Assembly: GCA_963748235.1 (NCBI GenBank)
Contig: CAVVHT010000009.1
Location: 599,237 to 663,236 of the forward strand
From: an uncultured Chloroflexia bacterium
Lineage (GTDB): Bacteria; Chloroflexota; Limnocylindria; Limnocylindrales; CSP1-4
Length of the DNA stretch: 64,000 nt
Direction of reading: 5' to 3'
Part shown: piece after piece, positions 20,550 to 30,588 of the stretch
How the letters are laid out: every line of letters begins with the position of its first letter
How positions within the stretch are numbered: the stretch's first letter is position 1
Notes under the pieces: model-generated
What the model was told of the DNA's origin: nothing
The model's database searches: none
What the model saw: only the letters and a program-made list of their open reading frames with translations
Program-made: the position numbers and the translations under genes

Positions 20550-20562
20550 GAACGAACGTTCT
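20550..20562. promoter_or_regulatory. Candidate LexA (SOS/Cheo-type) box 2
   Basis: GAACGAACGTTCT is the exact reverse complement of box 1 and also contains GAAC-N4-GTTC. Confidence 0.5.
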
Positions 20563-20569
20563 TCAGACC

Positions 20570-20597
20570 TTGGTCCGTAGCGGAGCGGGCGTATAAC
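20570..20597 (+). promoter_or_regulatory. Possible sigma-70-type promoter for the CHRD gene
   Basis: TTGGTC, a 16-nt spacer, then TATAAC. It lies about 60 nt upstream of the ATG at 20657 and abuts LexA-like box 2. Confidence 0.3.
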
Positions 20598-20656
20598 TGA
20601 TGGAACCGGCGCAGACAACCGTGTAAACCGTGGCGCCGGCGATGACGGAGGTGCCC

Positions 20657-21158
20657 ATGTCCCGTCAAGCCCTTGCCCGCCCGTTGCTGGCACTGGCGCT
20701 CCTTGTTCTGGCTGTCAGCCCGGCAGCCGCGGCCGGGCCCGACAACAACTTCGCCGCCCCGCTGCGGGGCAACGAGGAGGTGCCGGCGGTAGAAACTCAC
20801 GCCGTCGGCGTGGCCACCTTCAAGCTGAACCGGCGCCGAGACCGAGATGCAGTTCAAGCTGAACGTGGCCAACGGCGAAGGCATCACCCAGGCACACATC
20901 CATTGCGGCCCGCCCGGAGTGAACGGTCCGGTAGTCGTGTTCCTGTTCGGATTGGTTCCGACAGGTGTCGACAACAACGGGACCCTAAGCGAAGGTGTCA
21001 TCACCAACGCCAACGTGATTCCGCGCCCTGACTCGGCGGCATGCCCGGGTGGCGTGGCCAACCTCGCCGACGTGGTCGCCAAGATGCGCACCGGCGGGGC
21101 GTATGCCAACGTGCACACGCTCGAGTTCCCGGGCGGCGAGATTCGCGGCGGCATCTGA
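20657..21158 (+). CDS. Secreted CHRD domain protein; one frameshift as sequenced
   Basis: GGAGG lies 6 nt before the ATG. The signal peptide is MSRQALARPLLALALLVLAVSPAAAAG. CHRD hallmarks are present: LRGNEEVPAVETHAVGVATFKLN...EMQFKLNVANGEGITQAHIHCGPPGVNGPVVVFL...YANVHTLEFPGGEIRG. Removing one C at 20830-20831 restores the frame. Confidence 0.8.
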
Positions 21159-21188
21159 CGTCCGAGTTCGGCTGAGCTTGAGGTGCTC

Positions 21189-21218
21189 GCGGCCGGCTCC
21201 GATGGCGGAGCCGGCCGC
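21189..21218 (+). terminator. Hairpin terminator after the CHRD gene
   Basis: Perfect 12-bp stem GCGGCCGGCTCC / GGAGCCGGCCGC with a 6-nt loop, followed by GTTGGTGT. Confidence 0.55.
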
Positions 21219-21347
21219 GTTGGTGTCGACTCTGGATGCGTTCAGGGTCGATCCACAGCAAGTGGTGAGATGCTGAGCACATGACGACTTCATTGGCTGC
21301 CGGCAGCAGCCATCCGGCGGACATCGTCCTCGACGAGTCGTCCGTAC

Positions 21348-21713
21348 GTGCCTGGCGTGTGCAACATCGGCCCGGAAGAGATCGCATCGCGCCGTCGCAG
21401 CGGCCATGTCGGAGTGATCGCCAGCATCGGCCTGCTCGCCGTGTTGATCATCGTCGACGCGCCATCCATCGCTCGCTGGCTGCTGATCATTCCGGTCGCC
21501 GTCGCGGCCTCGGGTTACCTGCAGGCGCATCTGCGCTTCTGCGCCGGCTTCGGTGCGCTCGGCGAATTCAACTTTGGGCCGCGCGGCAAGGTCGAGATGG
21601 TCGCCGACCGTGAAGCTCGGCGGCGAGACCGGATCAAGGCCGTCCAGATCGGGCTGGCCGGGTTCGGAATCGGCGTTGTGGTTGCGGCAGTGGCGGTGGC
21701 GCTGCCCGTCTAG
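21348..21713 (+). CDS. Small membrane protein, unknown function
   Basis: 121-aa ORF with 3-4 hydrophobic helices (VIASIGLLAVLIIV, LLIIPVAVAASGYL, LAGFGIGVVVAAVAVAL). The N-terminus may continue from the ATG at 21281 through a frame shift. Confidence 0.45.
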   Translation: MPGVCNIGPEEIASRRRSGHVGVIASIGLLAVLIIVDAPSIARWLLIIPVAVAASGYLQAHLRFCAGFGALGEFNFGPRGKVEMVADREARRRDRIKAVQIGLAGFGIGVVVAAVAVALPV

Positions 21714-23006
21714 GCGACGGTCAACGCCCGGTCGGGCGCGAGCAGGAACGGCGGCAGGTAGGCCGGGATGTTCGAGAACGGCAGCACGTCCGGGTGAAGC
21801 TCGATCCCGAGCGCCTCGGCCATGAACGTGCGCCGTTGCCTGGATCCTGCGCCACGCACCGGGATAGCGGCTGGCGAGCTCGGCACGCAGCGTCTCGTCG
21901 GCGAATGCAATGCCGTCCTCGATATTGCTCGTGAAGTAGTCCGTGCCGGTCGCCGGGATGATGTCGACCTGCATCGCCATGCCCGATCGCAGCTGCACGC
22001 GCGACCCCGGCCAGACCGGCGAGTTGACCCACTCGTCGAGGTGGATCTGGTGGCCGGGGTTGAGGAAGATGCCGAAGAACGGGTCGCCCAGCCGGCGGTC
22101 GATGATCTCCTGCAACGCGCCGCCGGTCTGGCCGATGCGCAGCGCCCCGTACCACTCGACGACCGCCTCGAAATACGGCCCGGCGAGCCGCTCGACGTAG
22201 TCGCGGATGCCGACCTGCAGCTCGCCGCTTCCTCGACCACCCAACCCGGCGCGACAGTTGAGCGCGCCCCAGATTCCGAACGCGGTCGTGAAGGGTCGCC
22301 GCGCTCGATGCGCCGGTCACATGGGCTGAGCAGGCCGCAACGAGCGCGCGGACCGGCGGTGAGCATCAGGTGGCACGACAGCGGCGTGCCGTTCCAGCCG
22401 AGCAGGGCGACGGCCTCGTGCTCGGTCATGCCCGGTTTCAGGTTGAACACCAGGTTGCGAACGCCCTGAGACGTCTGGCACGCCGCCCACTCGATTATCG
22501 CCAGCTGATCGACCTCGTTGATCACCCGCAGGCCGTCGGCAGCGGTCGATCAGCAGGCCGGTGGCGTTGGCGACGTTGTCGGCGCCGGCCAGGCCGCGCA
22601 CGACGTCGACGATGTACGCGGGCACGTCCGATGCCCGCTCGTCGAGTACGTCCTTCCAGCCGACCAGGCCGACCCGGCCGCCGCCGGCGATCCCCTCCTC
22701 GGCCAGGATGTCGTCCAGCGCCCGCGACCTGTCGCGCGGCTGGCTGGGCAGGCTGAAGTCCTGGAACATGTGACGCCTCATCGGCAGCGGCGCGGCTCCG
22801 GCCGTGCCCCAGTTCTCGTTGCCGACCAGGACAGCCGGCTCGCCATCGCGGCCGACGATCAGCAACGCTTCCTCGAACCGTGGGTCGAAACCGGTCAGGA
22901 ACGAGATGTTGGCGCTGTGCTCGCGGTCGGCGTAGATCAGCAGCCGTTGATAGCCACGGCGCTCCATGCGCTCGCGCAGCCGGTCCAGACGTGTGTGCGT
23001 AGACAC
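21710..23006 (-). pseudogene. M24-family (creatinase/Xaa-Pro peptidase-like) protein, at least four frame shifts
   Basis: Protein-like segments are spread over ORFs 22317-23006 (MSTHTRLDRLRERMERRGYQRLLIYADREHSANISFLTGFDP...), 21710-22525 and 20985-22244 (...FGIFLNPGHQIHLDEW...MAMQVDIIPATGTDYFTSNIEDGIAFADE...). The family call is from memory of M24-like architecture only. Confidence 0.5.
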
Positions 23007-23077
23007 GCGTCCGGAATCTGCGGCATCTCATCCGGCATGCCGAAGTTGGGCAGATGGATGTCGCGCGAGCCGAGCGG

Positions 23078-24738
23078 TCATGGCAGCGGCACCGGCGCCG
23101 GCTGCGCCTCGCTGGACGAGCAGTCGCTGGTTGGCGCTCGACGACTGCCACGGCCCAACCTCGCCGTCCGGCCAGGTGACCCGCACCTCGCGCCGGCAGC
23201 GTGCCCAGTCCGAAGTGGATCGGGCCGAGCTGGCCACTGACGTGACCGCCGCCGATCGTCAGCTCGCGCCGTTGGGTCTTGTCCGTCGGCTCGGACCTCG
23301 ATCCAGCCACCGATCGCGTCGCGGTTGGCGCCTGGCTTGCTGCGCCTCAGCTGCGAGCCAGTTGCCGAGCCGCCCGGGCTGTGCGGCCGGGCCGGTCCCG
23401 ACGTTGCGATAGAGCCGCACGTTCTCGCGCCGCGTTGACGACAACCAGGTCGAGCATGCCGTCGAGCGTTCAGGTCGACGACCGCTGCGCCGCGTGCGCG
23501 GGCGAAGTCGACGAGCCCGCCTCGGGCGCGCCCTCGACAAACGTGCCATCCGGTCTGCCGAGCAGCAGGTTGTTCGGATCCTCGCGCGGCGTACTCGGGC
23601 ATCGCCTCGACGTTGCCCTTGGTGACGAACAGGTCGATCAGGCCGTCGTTGTTGACGTCCTGGAACTCGGCATGCCAGGCGGTCGAGGGCAGATCGTGTC
23701 GCCCTCGTACGGCCGATGGGCCGTCGCTCCATGTCGAGCGCGATGTCCTGTAGTTCGGCTGCGGCCGGTCCGTCGGCCAGCACCTGCAGCTTGTTGTCGC
23801 CCTGGCTGGTCAGGAAGTAGTCGGGCATCGCCGTCGCCGGTAACGTCGTGGCTGGCGATGCCCATGCCCAAGATGCGCAGCGCTGCCAACCGTCGGCGGC
23901 CGTGTACTCGGCAGGCGCTGTGGCGCCGTCGACGTGCCCACAGCTGCTCCTGGCCCGCGCTGTCGTCGCGGTAGTAGTGGCGGTCGTTACTGATGCGCAG
24001 GTCGCGCGTGCCCGAGCGGTTCCAGTCGGAGAACAGCATCGACAAGGTGCACCATCCCGGCGACAGCGGGACTGGCCGGCTCGAAGCCGCTCGCTCGACG
24101 TCTGGACGAAGAGCTGGTTGTCGCACAGGACAATCGATTGGTGTCGTCGGTCGATCGCCAGGTAATTGCCGATTGCGAGCGTCGGAAATGTCAGCGCCCT
24201 CATCCCAGCGGGCAGTGAACGCTGTGGTCCAGCATCGCCGCCGTCGAACGCCCCAGTCCTCGTTGGCGGGCTCGAAGCGGCAGTCGCCGAGCGCCGCGCA
24301 GAAGCTGGTTTTCGCCGCGCCTCAGGACGGCCAGGTCGGTGATGCCGTCGTTGTCGATGTCGATCGGATAGGCGCCGATCACTGCAGTCAGGTCGGTCGA
24401 TGCGGCTGCGCGGCGCTCGAACGCGAGCGCGCCACCGGCCGCGCTGCGGTTCACGAACAGCGCCGCGGGCTGGCTGCCACCGGCGAAGTAGAGGTCGGGC
24501 AGGACGTCGGCGCTGCAGTCGAACGCGGCGACGCCGCCGCCGACGAAGTACTCGAAGTCACCCGTGTAGGCGTGAGTGACGCCGGCCGACTGCGCTTCGT
24601 CGATGTAGCGCGGCGAAAACGGCCGCTGAGCCACACCGGCGATTCCGGGTGAGCCGGCGACAAGGGCCCACACGCCGATCACCGCCAGTGTCACCACCGC
24701 GACGAGTGTCACCAGAACGATGATGCGACGGTCCCTCA
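23078..24738 (-). pseudogene. CRTAC1-family / FG-GAP (VCBS) repeat protein with an ASPIC-UnbV C-terminal domain, at least eight frame shifts
   Basis: N-terminal TM anchor. FG-GAP-type segments include FDCSADVLPDLYFAGG and YPIDIDNDGITDLAVL. UnbV-like pieces are NRDAIGGWIEVRADG, RELTIGGGHVSGQLGPIHFGLGT and VRVTWPDGEVGPWQ. These are scattered over all three minus-strand frames. Confidence 0.7.
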
Positions 24739-24783
24739 CTCGGCCATTGAACCATTCAAAGCCGGTCGAACCGGTGTCGGCGG

Positions 24784-25778
24784 TCAGGTACGTCCGTGGT
24801 CGAATATCTGCTCGATCACGCGCAGGTTCGCCACTGCGTCTCGGGCCGGGTACGGCGGTGGCGCAGCCGTCGAGCACGATCGCGGCGAATGCCTCGGCCT
24901 CGACCGTGTACGGGTCGCTGACAGGGAAGGTGATCACCTCGGTCCGCGGAGAGATCGGAGGGTCGCCGCCGGCAGTGACGAAGATCTCGGTCGGCCGATC
25001 GGGCGGGATGTTGAACGGGATGCCGATCGAAATTCGGCCGTTCGTGCCGTAGACGTGAACGCGCTGGTCGGTTTCCGTCCGGGTGGTGCAGGTGAACGTC
25101 GCCTGGCCACCGGGGAAGTCGAGGATGGCGCTGGTCAAGATGTCGACGCCCATCAGTGGATCGCGCACGACCGACGACTGGACGCGCGTCGGCTCGCCAC
25201 CGAACAGCGTGCGCGAAAGGTTAACGTTGTAGCAACCAATGTCGTAGAGCGCACCGCCGCCGACCGCGACGATGTTGCGGATGTTGTCGGGGTCGTCGTT
25301 GTAGTACGAGAACCAGCTCTGGATCGCCGTCAGCCGCCCGATCCGGCCGCTGGCGACGAGGTCGAGGACGGCGACCCAGGACGGATGGAGGCGGTACATG
25401 AACGCCTCCATGAGCGTCATGCCGGTGCGCTCCGCGCCGTCGACCATCTCCTCGGCATCGGCTGCGGTCATCGCCAGCGGCTTCTCGCACAGCACGTGCT
25501 TGCCCGCCTCGAGCGCGCGGATCGCCCACTCGCGATGGAGATGGTTGGGCAGCGGGATGTAGATCGCGTCGACCTCGGTCGTCGGCCAGCAGCGCCTCGT
25601 ACGAGCCGTGCGCGCGATCGATGCCCAGCTCCGCTGCCACTGTCCGGCCGCGCTCGGCGTCGCGCGATGCGATCGCCACCACCCGGTAGCGACGCGCACG
25701 CTGGATTGCCGGGATGACCTTCGCGCGGCCGATGTCGGCGGTCGACAGGACTCCCCAGCGCAGCTCGCTCGCGCCCAT
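24784..25778 (-). CDS. Gfo/Idh/MocA family oxidoreductase; two frameshifts as sequenced
   Basis: LRWGVLSTADIGRAKVIPAIQ...VVAIASRD (Rossmann fold), then EAGKHVLCEKPLA. The C-terminus reconstructed in a third frame is ARDAVANLRVIEQIFDHGRT, with the stop at 24784. Switches are near 25580 and 24860. Confidence 0.8.
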
Positions 25779-25786
25779 TGCGGCGC

Positions 25787-26494
25787 TCAACCCCACGAGG
25801 TCTCGGTGACCGGTCGAAACGCGACTTCGAGGATGCGGTGGTTGCGCGGACGGGTGAGCACGAACAGGATCGCCTCGGCCACGTCCTCGGGCCGCATCAT
25901 GCCCGCCAGCTGGGGCATGTCGGGCGTACGTCCGCGACCCATCGCGAAGTCGGTCGAGACTCCGCCGGGACAGACGTTGGTGCAACGAACGCCCTGCTCG
26001 CGCAGCTCATGGTCGAGCGCGGCGGTCAGGCCGACCTGGGCGAACTTGGACGAGCAGTAGACGGCCTCATTGGGCAGGCCGCGACGTCCGGCCTCACTGG
26101 CCACGGTGACCAGGTCGGCCGCTTCGCTCTTGAGCAGGTGCGGCAGGGCGGCCCGGACGGAATAGATCAGGCCCTTGACGTTGATGTCGATCATCTCCTC
26201 GATCTGGTCGTCGGGCGTCTCGAGGAAGGGACCGTAGGCGCCGACGCCGGCATTGCCGATCAGGATGTCGAGCTGGCCAAAGCGATCGACCGTGGCGTCG
26301 ACCATTGCCTGCATCGACGCAGGATCGCGGACGTCGCACGCCTGCGCCAGCGCGCCGTCGATGCCGGGGTTCTCGCCTCGCCGCGACGCCAGTCCGAGCT
26401 TGACGCCATTGGCCGCCAATAGCCGCGCCGTGGCGGCGCCAATGCCCCGTCCAGCGCCAGTAATGAGCGCAACTCGACCTGCAAGCGACTCCAC
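25787..26494 (-). CDS. Short-chain dehydrogenase/reductase (SDR)
   Basis: TGAGRGIGAATA glycine motif, NAG, and the catalytic YCSSK. The GTG start lies 6 nt after GGGAGG. Confidence 0.9.
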   Translation of the reverse strand: MESLAGRVALITGAGRGIGAATARLLAANGVKLGLASRRGENPGIDGALAQACDVRDPASMQAMVDATVDRFGQLDILIGNAGVGAYGPFLETPDDQIEEMIDINVKGLIYSVRAALPHLLKSEAADLVTVASEAGRRGLPNEAVYCSSKFAQVGLTAALDHELREQGVRCTNVCPGGVSTDFAMGRGRTPDMPQLAGMMRPEDVAEAILFVLTRPRNHRILEVAFRPVTETSWG

Positions 26495-26514
26495 GGTCAC
26501 CCTCCCGGAATTGG

Positions 26515-26587
26515 TCGGTCCGTCATGGACCGATAGCTCGACTTGACACTCCACCCGGGATTGTAGGACCGTATGACAATCCACCCG
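26515..26587. promoter_or_regulatory. Candidate operator elements in the SDR / ROK-regulator divergent intergenic region
   Basis: Perfect palindrome TCGGTCC-gtcat-GGACCGA (26515-26533). Two direct repeats, TGACACTCCACCCG (26544-26557) and TGACAATCCACCCG (26574-26587), are spaced 30 bp apart. Confidence 0.35.
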
Positions 26588-26608
26588 CGTTGAGGGGTTC
26601 GAAAACCG

Positions 26609-27847
26609 TTGGATCAACGTCGCGATGAACCAGGGCTGCGGAGCAAATCCGTCCGTCGCGCAAATCTGAGCGCCATCGCTCGTGAGCTCCACAATAGCGG
26701 TCCTTTGTCGCGCTCCGAGCTTGGCGCGCGCACCGGTCTCACGCGGAGCACGATCCGTGCGCTGATCGGTGAGTTTGCAGCGGCCGGCCTTGTCTCCGAG
26801 GTTGGCTCGACGTCGCTCGGCACTCCGGGCCGCCCATCGGTTGTCGTGAACCCCAACAGCGCCCGACCCACGGCTCTTGCCCTCGAGATCGCGGTCGACT
26901 CGATCGCCGGTGCCGTCGTCGGCTTCGGCGGCGAAGTTCGCCAGCTGCGGCGCATCGAACGTCCGCGCGGCGAGCTTTCGCTCGAGCAAACCGTCACCGC
27001 CCTCGCCGGGCTCGCCCGTCAGCTCGACGGCTTCCACACTCGCCGCGGCGACGTGATCGGCGTCGGCGTCGCAATCGTCGGCGTCGTTCGCCACTCCGAT
27101 GGCCTGGTGTCACTCGCTCCGAACCTGGGCTGGCATGACGTGGCACTCGGCGAGTCGCTGCGCCACGCACTCGGCGCATTCGTGCCGCTGTCGGTTGCCA
27201 ATGAGGCCGACCTGGGCGCGCTGGCCGAGACGCGCCGTGGCGGCGCACGCGGCTGCGCAAACGTGATCTTCATCTCTGGCGAGGTAGGCGTCGGCGGCGG
27301 GCTGATCGTCGACGGTCGGCCGATGGCCGGCGCAGCCGGCTATGGCGGCGAGGTGGGCCATATGCCAATCAACCCCGACGGAGCCACATGCCACTGCGGC
27401 TCGACCGGCTGCTGGGAGACCGAGATCGGCGAGGATGCGCTGCTCGTTAAGGCGGGCCACAAGCGCGGCGGCGGACGCAAGGCGATGGACGCGTTGCTTC
27501 GCGATGCCCGAGCCGGCGACGCGGTGGCTCTGGGTGCCCTTGAACACGTGGCTCTCTGGCTGGGCCTCGGCCTCGCCGGCCTGGTCAACCTGCTCAACCC
27601 TGAGCGCATCGTGCTCGGCGGTCGCTTTGGGCGGCTGTTCCCGTTCGTTGTCGGTACCGTCGGCCGCCAGCTCGACCGCTACGCGCTCGCCGCGCCGAGC
27701 CGATTGGTCGACGTCGTGCCCGCCGAGCTCGGCGAAGACGCGCCGTTGCTCGGCGCCGCCGAGCTGGCATTCGAGCCATTCCTCTCGGATCCCGCTGCGT
27801 GGCTAAGGCCCCGGACGGGCAACCTCGCTGCACTGGCGACGGCATGA
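26609..27847 (+). CDS. ROK family transcriptional regulator (NagC/XylR-like)
   Basis: N-terminal wHTH (NLSAIARELHNSGPLSRSELGARTGLTRSTIRALIGEF) and the ROK zinc motif HMPINPDGATCHCGSTGCWE. The start is TTG. Confidence 0.88.
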   Translation: MDQRRDEPGLRSKSVRRANLSAIARELHNSGPLSRSELGARTGLTRSTIRALIGEFAAAGLVSEVGSTSLGTPGRPSVVVNPNSARPTALALEIAVDSIAGAVVGFGGEVRQLRRIERPRGELSLEQTVTALAGLARQLDGFHTRRGDVIGVGVAIVGVVRHSDGLVSLAPNLGWHDVALGESLRHALGAFVPLSVANEADLGALAETRRGGARGCANVIFISGEVGVGGGLIVDGRPMAGAAGYGGEVGHMPINPDGATCHCGSTGCWETEIGEDALLVKAGHKRGGGRKAMDALLRDARAGDAVALGALEHVALWLGLGLAGLVNLLNPERIVLGGRFGRLFPFVVGTVGRQLDRYALAAPSRLVDVVPAELGEDAPLLGAAELAFEPFLSDPAAWLRPRTGNLAALATA

Positions 27848-28059
27848 CCGCGAAATACCTTTGCCAATGGGGCATGCTTCGCAATTGGACCGTTACCCAG
27901 CCATCGGCCGCGACACGCGGGGGAAGCCGTGAGGTTGTGTCGCGCTTTTCCGACTGGATCAGAATGGGCAGCCTGCGCCCGACAGGCGTAGATCGGAGGT
28001 GACCTGACGGGAGCAAATCTTGGTAGTTCCGTCACTTCAGACATCTTGGAGGAGGATCA

Positions 28060-29200
28060 GTGCGAATGTCATTCACGCGACGAGCGGCGGTAATCCCCGT
28101 CGTTCTTCTCGCAATCGCTGCGTGTGGTACCGCCACACCTTCGGCGAGCCCCGTCGACGAGTTCGTCGTCGGTATCTCGTGGAACAACTATGACCAGCCG
28201 CGCTGGGCGTGCTGCGATGCCCCAGGCATCAAGGAAGTTGTTGAGGCGGCCGGGGGCCGGGTCATCGAGACCGTCGCGGCGAACTCGACCGAGATTCAGC
28301 TGTCGAACATCGACGGCCTCATTGCCCAGGGCATGGACGTCTTGATCCTGCTTGCCAAGGACCCGGATGCAATGCAGGCGAAGATCGACGAGGTCAAGGG
28401 CCTTGGGATCCCGATCATCGGCTATGACCGATTGGTTGAGGACGAAGAGGTCTTCTACATCACGTTCGACAACCAGGGCGTTGGCAGGATCATGGCTGAG
28501 ACGATCACCGGGCTCGTGCCCGAGGGCAACTACGCCATCATCAAGGGTCACTCGGCAGATCCCAACGCTGACTTCCTGCGCGACGGAATGACGCCTGTTC
28601 TCGCACAATTCCCGGGCATCACGATCCCCGATGGATGCGAGGACTACAGCGACAACTGGAACACTGAGAACGCAAGGAACAACATGGTCGCGTGCCTCGG
28701 GGCAACCAGCAACGACATCCAGGCCGTTCTGTCTGAGAACGACAGCATGGCGGGTGGCGTGATCGCTGCACTCGAGGAAGTCGGACTCGACATCCCGGTC
28801 TCCGGACAGGACGGCGACATCGCTGCCCTGCACCGCGTAGCCACCGGGCAGCAGACCGTTTCAGTCTGGAAGGACTCGTTCGAGCTTGGCAAGGTAGCTG
28901 GCGCGGTTGCGGTCCAGCTTCACAACGGCACGGCGATGAGCGAGGTCAACGTCTCCGACGTCGACATAGCTGACTATGCGGCACCGCCTCTCGGCACAGC
29001 TGCAGTCCAGTTCACCACGCCTGGCACCAACCAGGTGTGGTCGATCACGCTCAACCCAAACCCGGTTCTTATCGACAACCTGAACGAGCCGATCGAATTC
29101 AGGGTGGGCGGACGCCGCTCAAACGGGTGACGTGGCCGGCGACGGGAAGGCCTTCATTTGCGAAGGTGTCGATCCGGCAGCCGTCCCTGCCTGCCAGTGA
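28060..29200 (+). CDS. xylF: Xylose/sugar ABC transporter substrate-binding lipoprotein; one C-terminal frameshift as sequenced
   Basis: Lipobox LLAIAAC, a periplasmic-binding-protein type I fold sequence, and xyl-operon context. The ORF stops at 29130. Another frame continues NSGWADAAQTGDVAGDGKAFICEGVDPAAVPACQ to the TGA at 29198-29200. Confidence 0.8.
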
Positions 29201-29218
29201 TCTAACCCTTTAGCACGA

Positions 29219-29247
29219 CCTGCGCCCGCTGTCTCAGCGGGCGCAGG
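29219..29247 (+). other. Intercistronic stem-loop after the binding-protein gene
   Basis: Perfect 12-bp stem CCTGCGCCCGCT / AGCGGGCGCAGG with a 5-nt loop. It lies 34 nt before the xylH start. Confidence 0.55.
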
Positions 29248-29280
29248 CATATCACCCCTTCGGGACCCAAAGGAGATCTC

Positions 29281-30579
29281 GTGGCCGACGCGGCTGGCGC
29301 GATCACACCCAAGCCCACCTCCGGCACGAAGGAGCTTCGCGGCTTCCGAGCGCTGGAGATCGACCTTCGCGTGCTCGGGATGGTCCTCGCGCTCGTCCTG
29401 ATCATCTTTGGGTTCGGCGTGCTGACCAACGGGCGCTTCCTGTCGCCCGTCAACCTCATCAACCTCACCGTCCAGGCAGTGTCGGTCGCGATCATCGCGA
29501 CGGGTATGACGCTGGTCATTGTTTCTCGGAACATCGACCTGTCGGTCGGGTCGATAGTCGGCGTCGTCGGAATGGCCCAGGTCCTGCTGATGACGCAGAT
29601 CATCCCGAACATGATCGGCCGCGAAAATCCAGCCACGTGGATCATCGCGCTCGTCGCCGGCCTCATCATCGGAGGCCTTATCGGCGCTTTCCAGGGCGGC
29701 ATCATCGCGTATATCGGTGTTCCCTCATTCGTCGTCACGCTGGGCGGGCTTCTGGCCTGGCGCGGGATCACCTTCGCCATCACTAATGGCGTGACCATCG
29801 CGCCCGTCGAAGCGACGTTTCGCCTGCTGGGCGGCGGGCCGCGCGGTTCGATCGGCGGCCTCGCGAGCTGGGCCGTCGGCATAATTGTCTGCATTGCGGT
29901 CATCGCCCTGCTGGCCTACAACCGGCGGCGGCGCAGGCAGTTCGGCTTCCCGGTCCGCCCTGTGTGGGCTGAAGTCACGCTCGGCGCGATCGGCTGCCTT
30001 GTCGTTCTCGGCCTGGTCCTGATCGCCAACAGCTACCTTTGGCCGGCGCCCCTCGCCCGACAGTGGTCCGAGCAAACGGGCCTGCCAATCCCACCGGGTG
30101 GCATCGCTGCGGGCATTCCGTGGCCGGTCATCGTACTTCTCGGCGTCACGCTGGTGATGACCTATCTGGCCACGAGGGTGCGCTTTGGCCGGTACGTCTT
30201 TGCCATCGGCGGCAATCCCGAAGCGGCCGAGCTGGGCGGGATAAACACGCGCTGGACCATCATGCGCACCTTCATCATCATTGGCGTCCTGTGCGGCCTG
30301 GCCGCAGCAATCACGGCCGCCCGGATCGACGGTGCGACACTCGACCTAGGTGCCGGGTACGAGCTCTACGTCATCGCCGCGTGCGTGATCGGCGGGACAT
30401 CGTTCGCCGGCGGCATCGGCACGATCCCCGGTGCGGTCCTCGGAGCACTGGTCATGGCGTCGCTTTCGTACGGGCTCAGCTTCATCGGATTGGTCGGGCC
30501 AATCCAGGACGTTGTCGCTGGCATCGTCCTGGTGACCGCGGTCGGGATCGATACCGTCAACCGACGACGAGCGGGCTAG
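29281..30579 (+). CDS. xylH: Xylose/sugar ABC transporter permease
   Basis: 432-aa polytopic protein with the GMTLVIVSRNIDLSVGS motif typical of ribose/xylose-type permeases. AAAGGAG precedes the GTG start. Confidence 0.85.
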   Translation: MADAAGAITPKPTSGTKELRGFRALEIDLRVLGMVLALVLIIFGFGVLTNGRFLSPVNLINLTVQAVSVAIIATGMTLVIVSRNIDLSVGSIVGVVGMAQVLLMTQIIPNMIGRENPATWIIALVAGLIIGGLIGAFQGGIIAYIGVPSFVVTLGGLLAWRGITFAITNGVTIAPVEATFRLLGGGPRGSIGGLASWAVGIIVCIAVIALLAYNRRRRRQFGFPVRPVWAEVTLGAIGCLVVLGLVLIANSYLWPAPLARQWSEQTGLPIPPGGIAAGIPWPVIVLLGVTLVMTYLATRVRFGRYVFAIGGNPEAAELGGINTRWTIMRTFIIIGVLCGLAAAITAARIDGATLDLGAGYELYVIAACVIGGTSFAGGIGTIPGAVLGALVMASLSYGLSFIGLVGPIQDVVAGIVLVTAVGIDTVNRRRAG

Positions 30580-30588
30580 CGAGGAGTT

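Noticed and set aside
20507-20596. A 29-codon ORF (MGRKYGEVTSISLNGTNVLQTLVRSGAGV) running from LexA-like box 1 through box 2.
   Set aside because: It has no SD sequence. Its low third-position G+C (aaa, tat, gta, agt, aat, gtt, ctt) is atypical for this genome. It is most likely non-coding promoter DNA.
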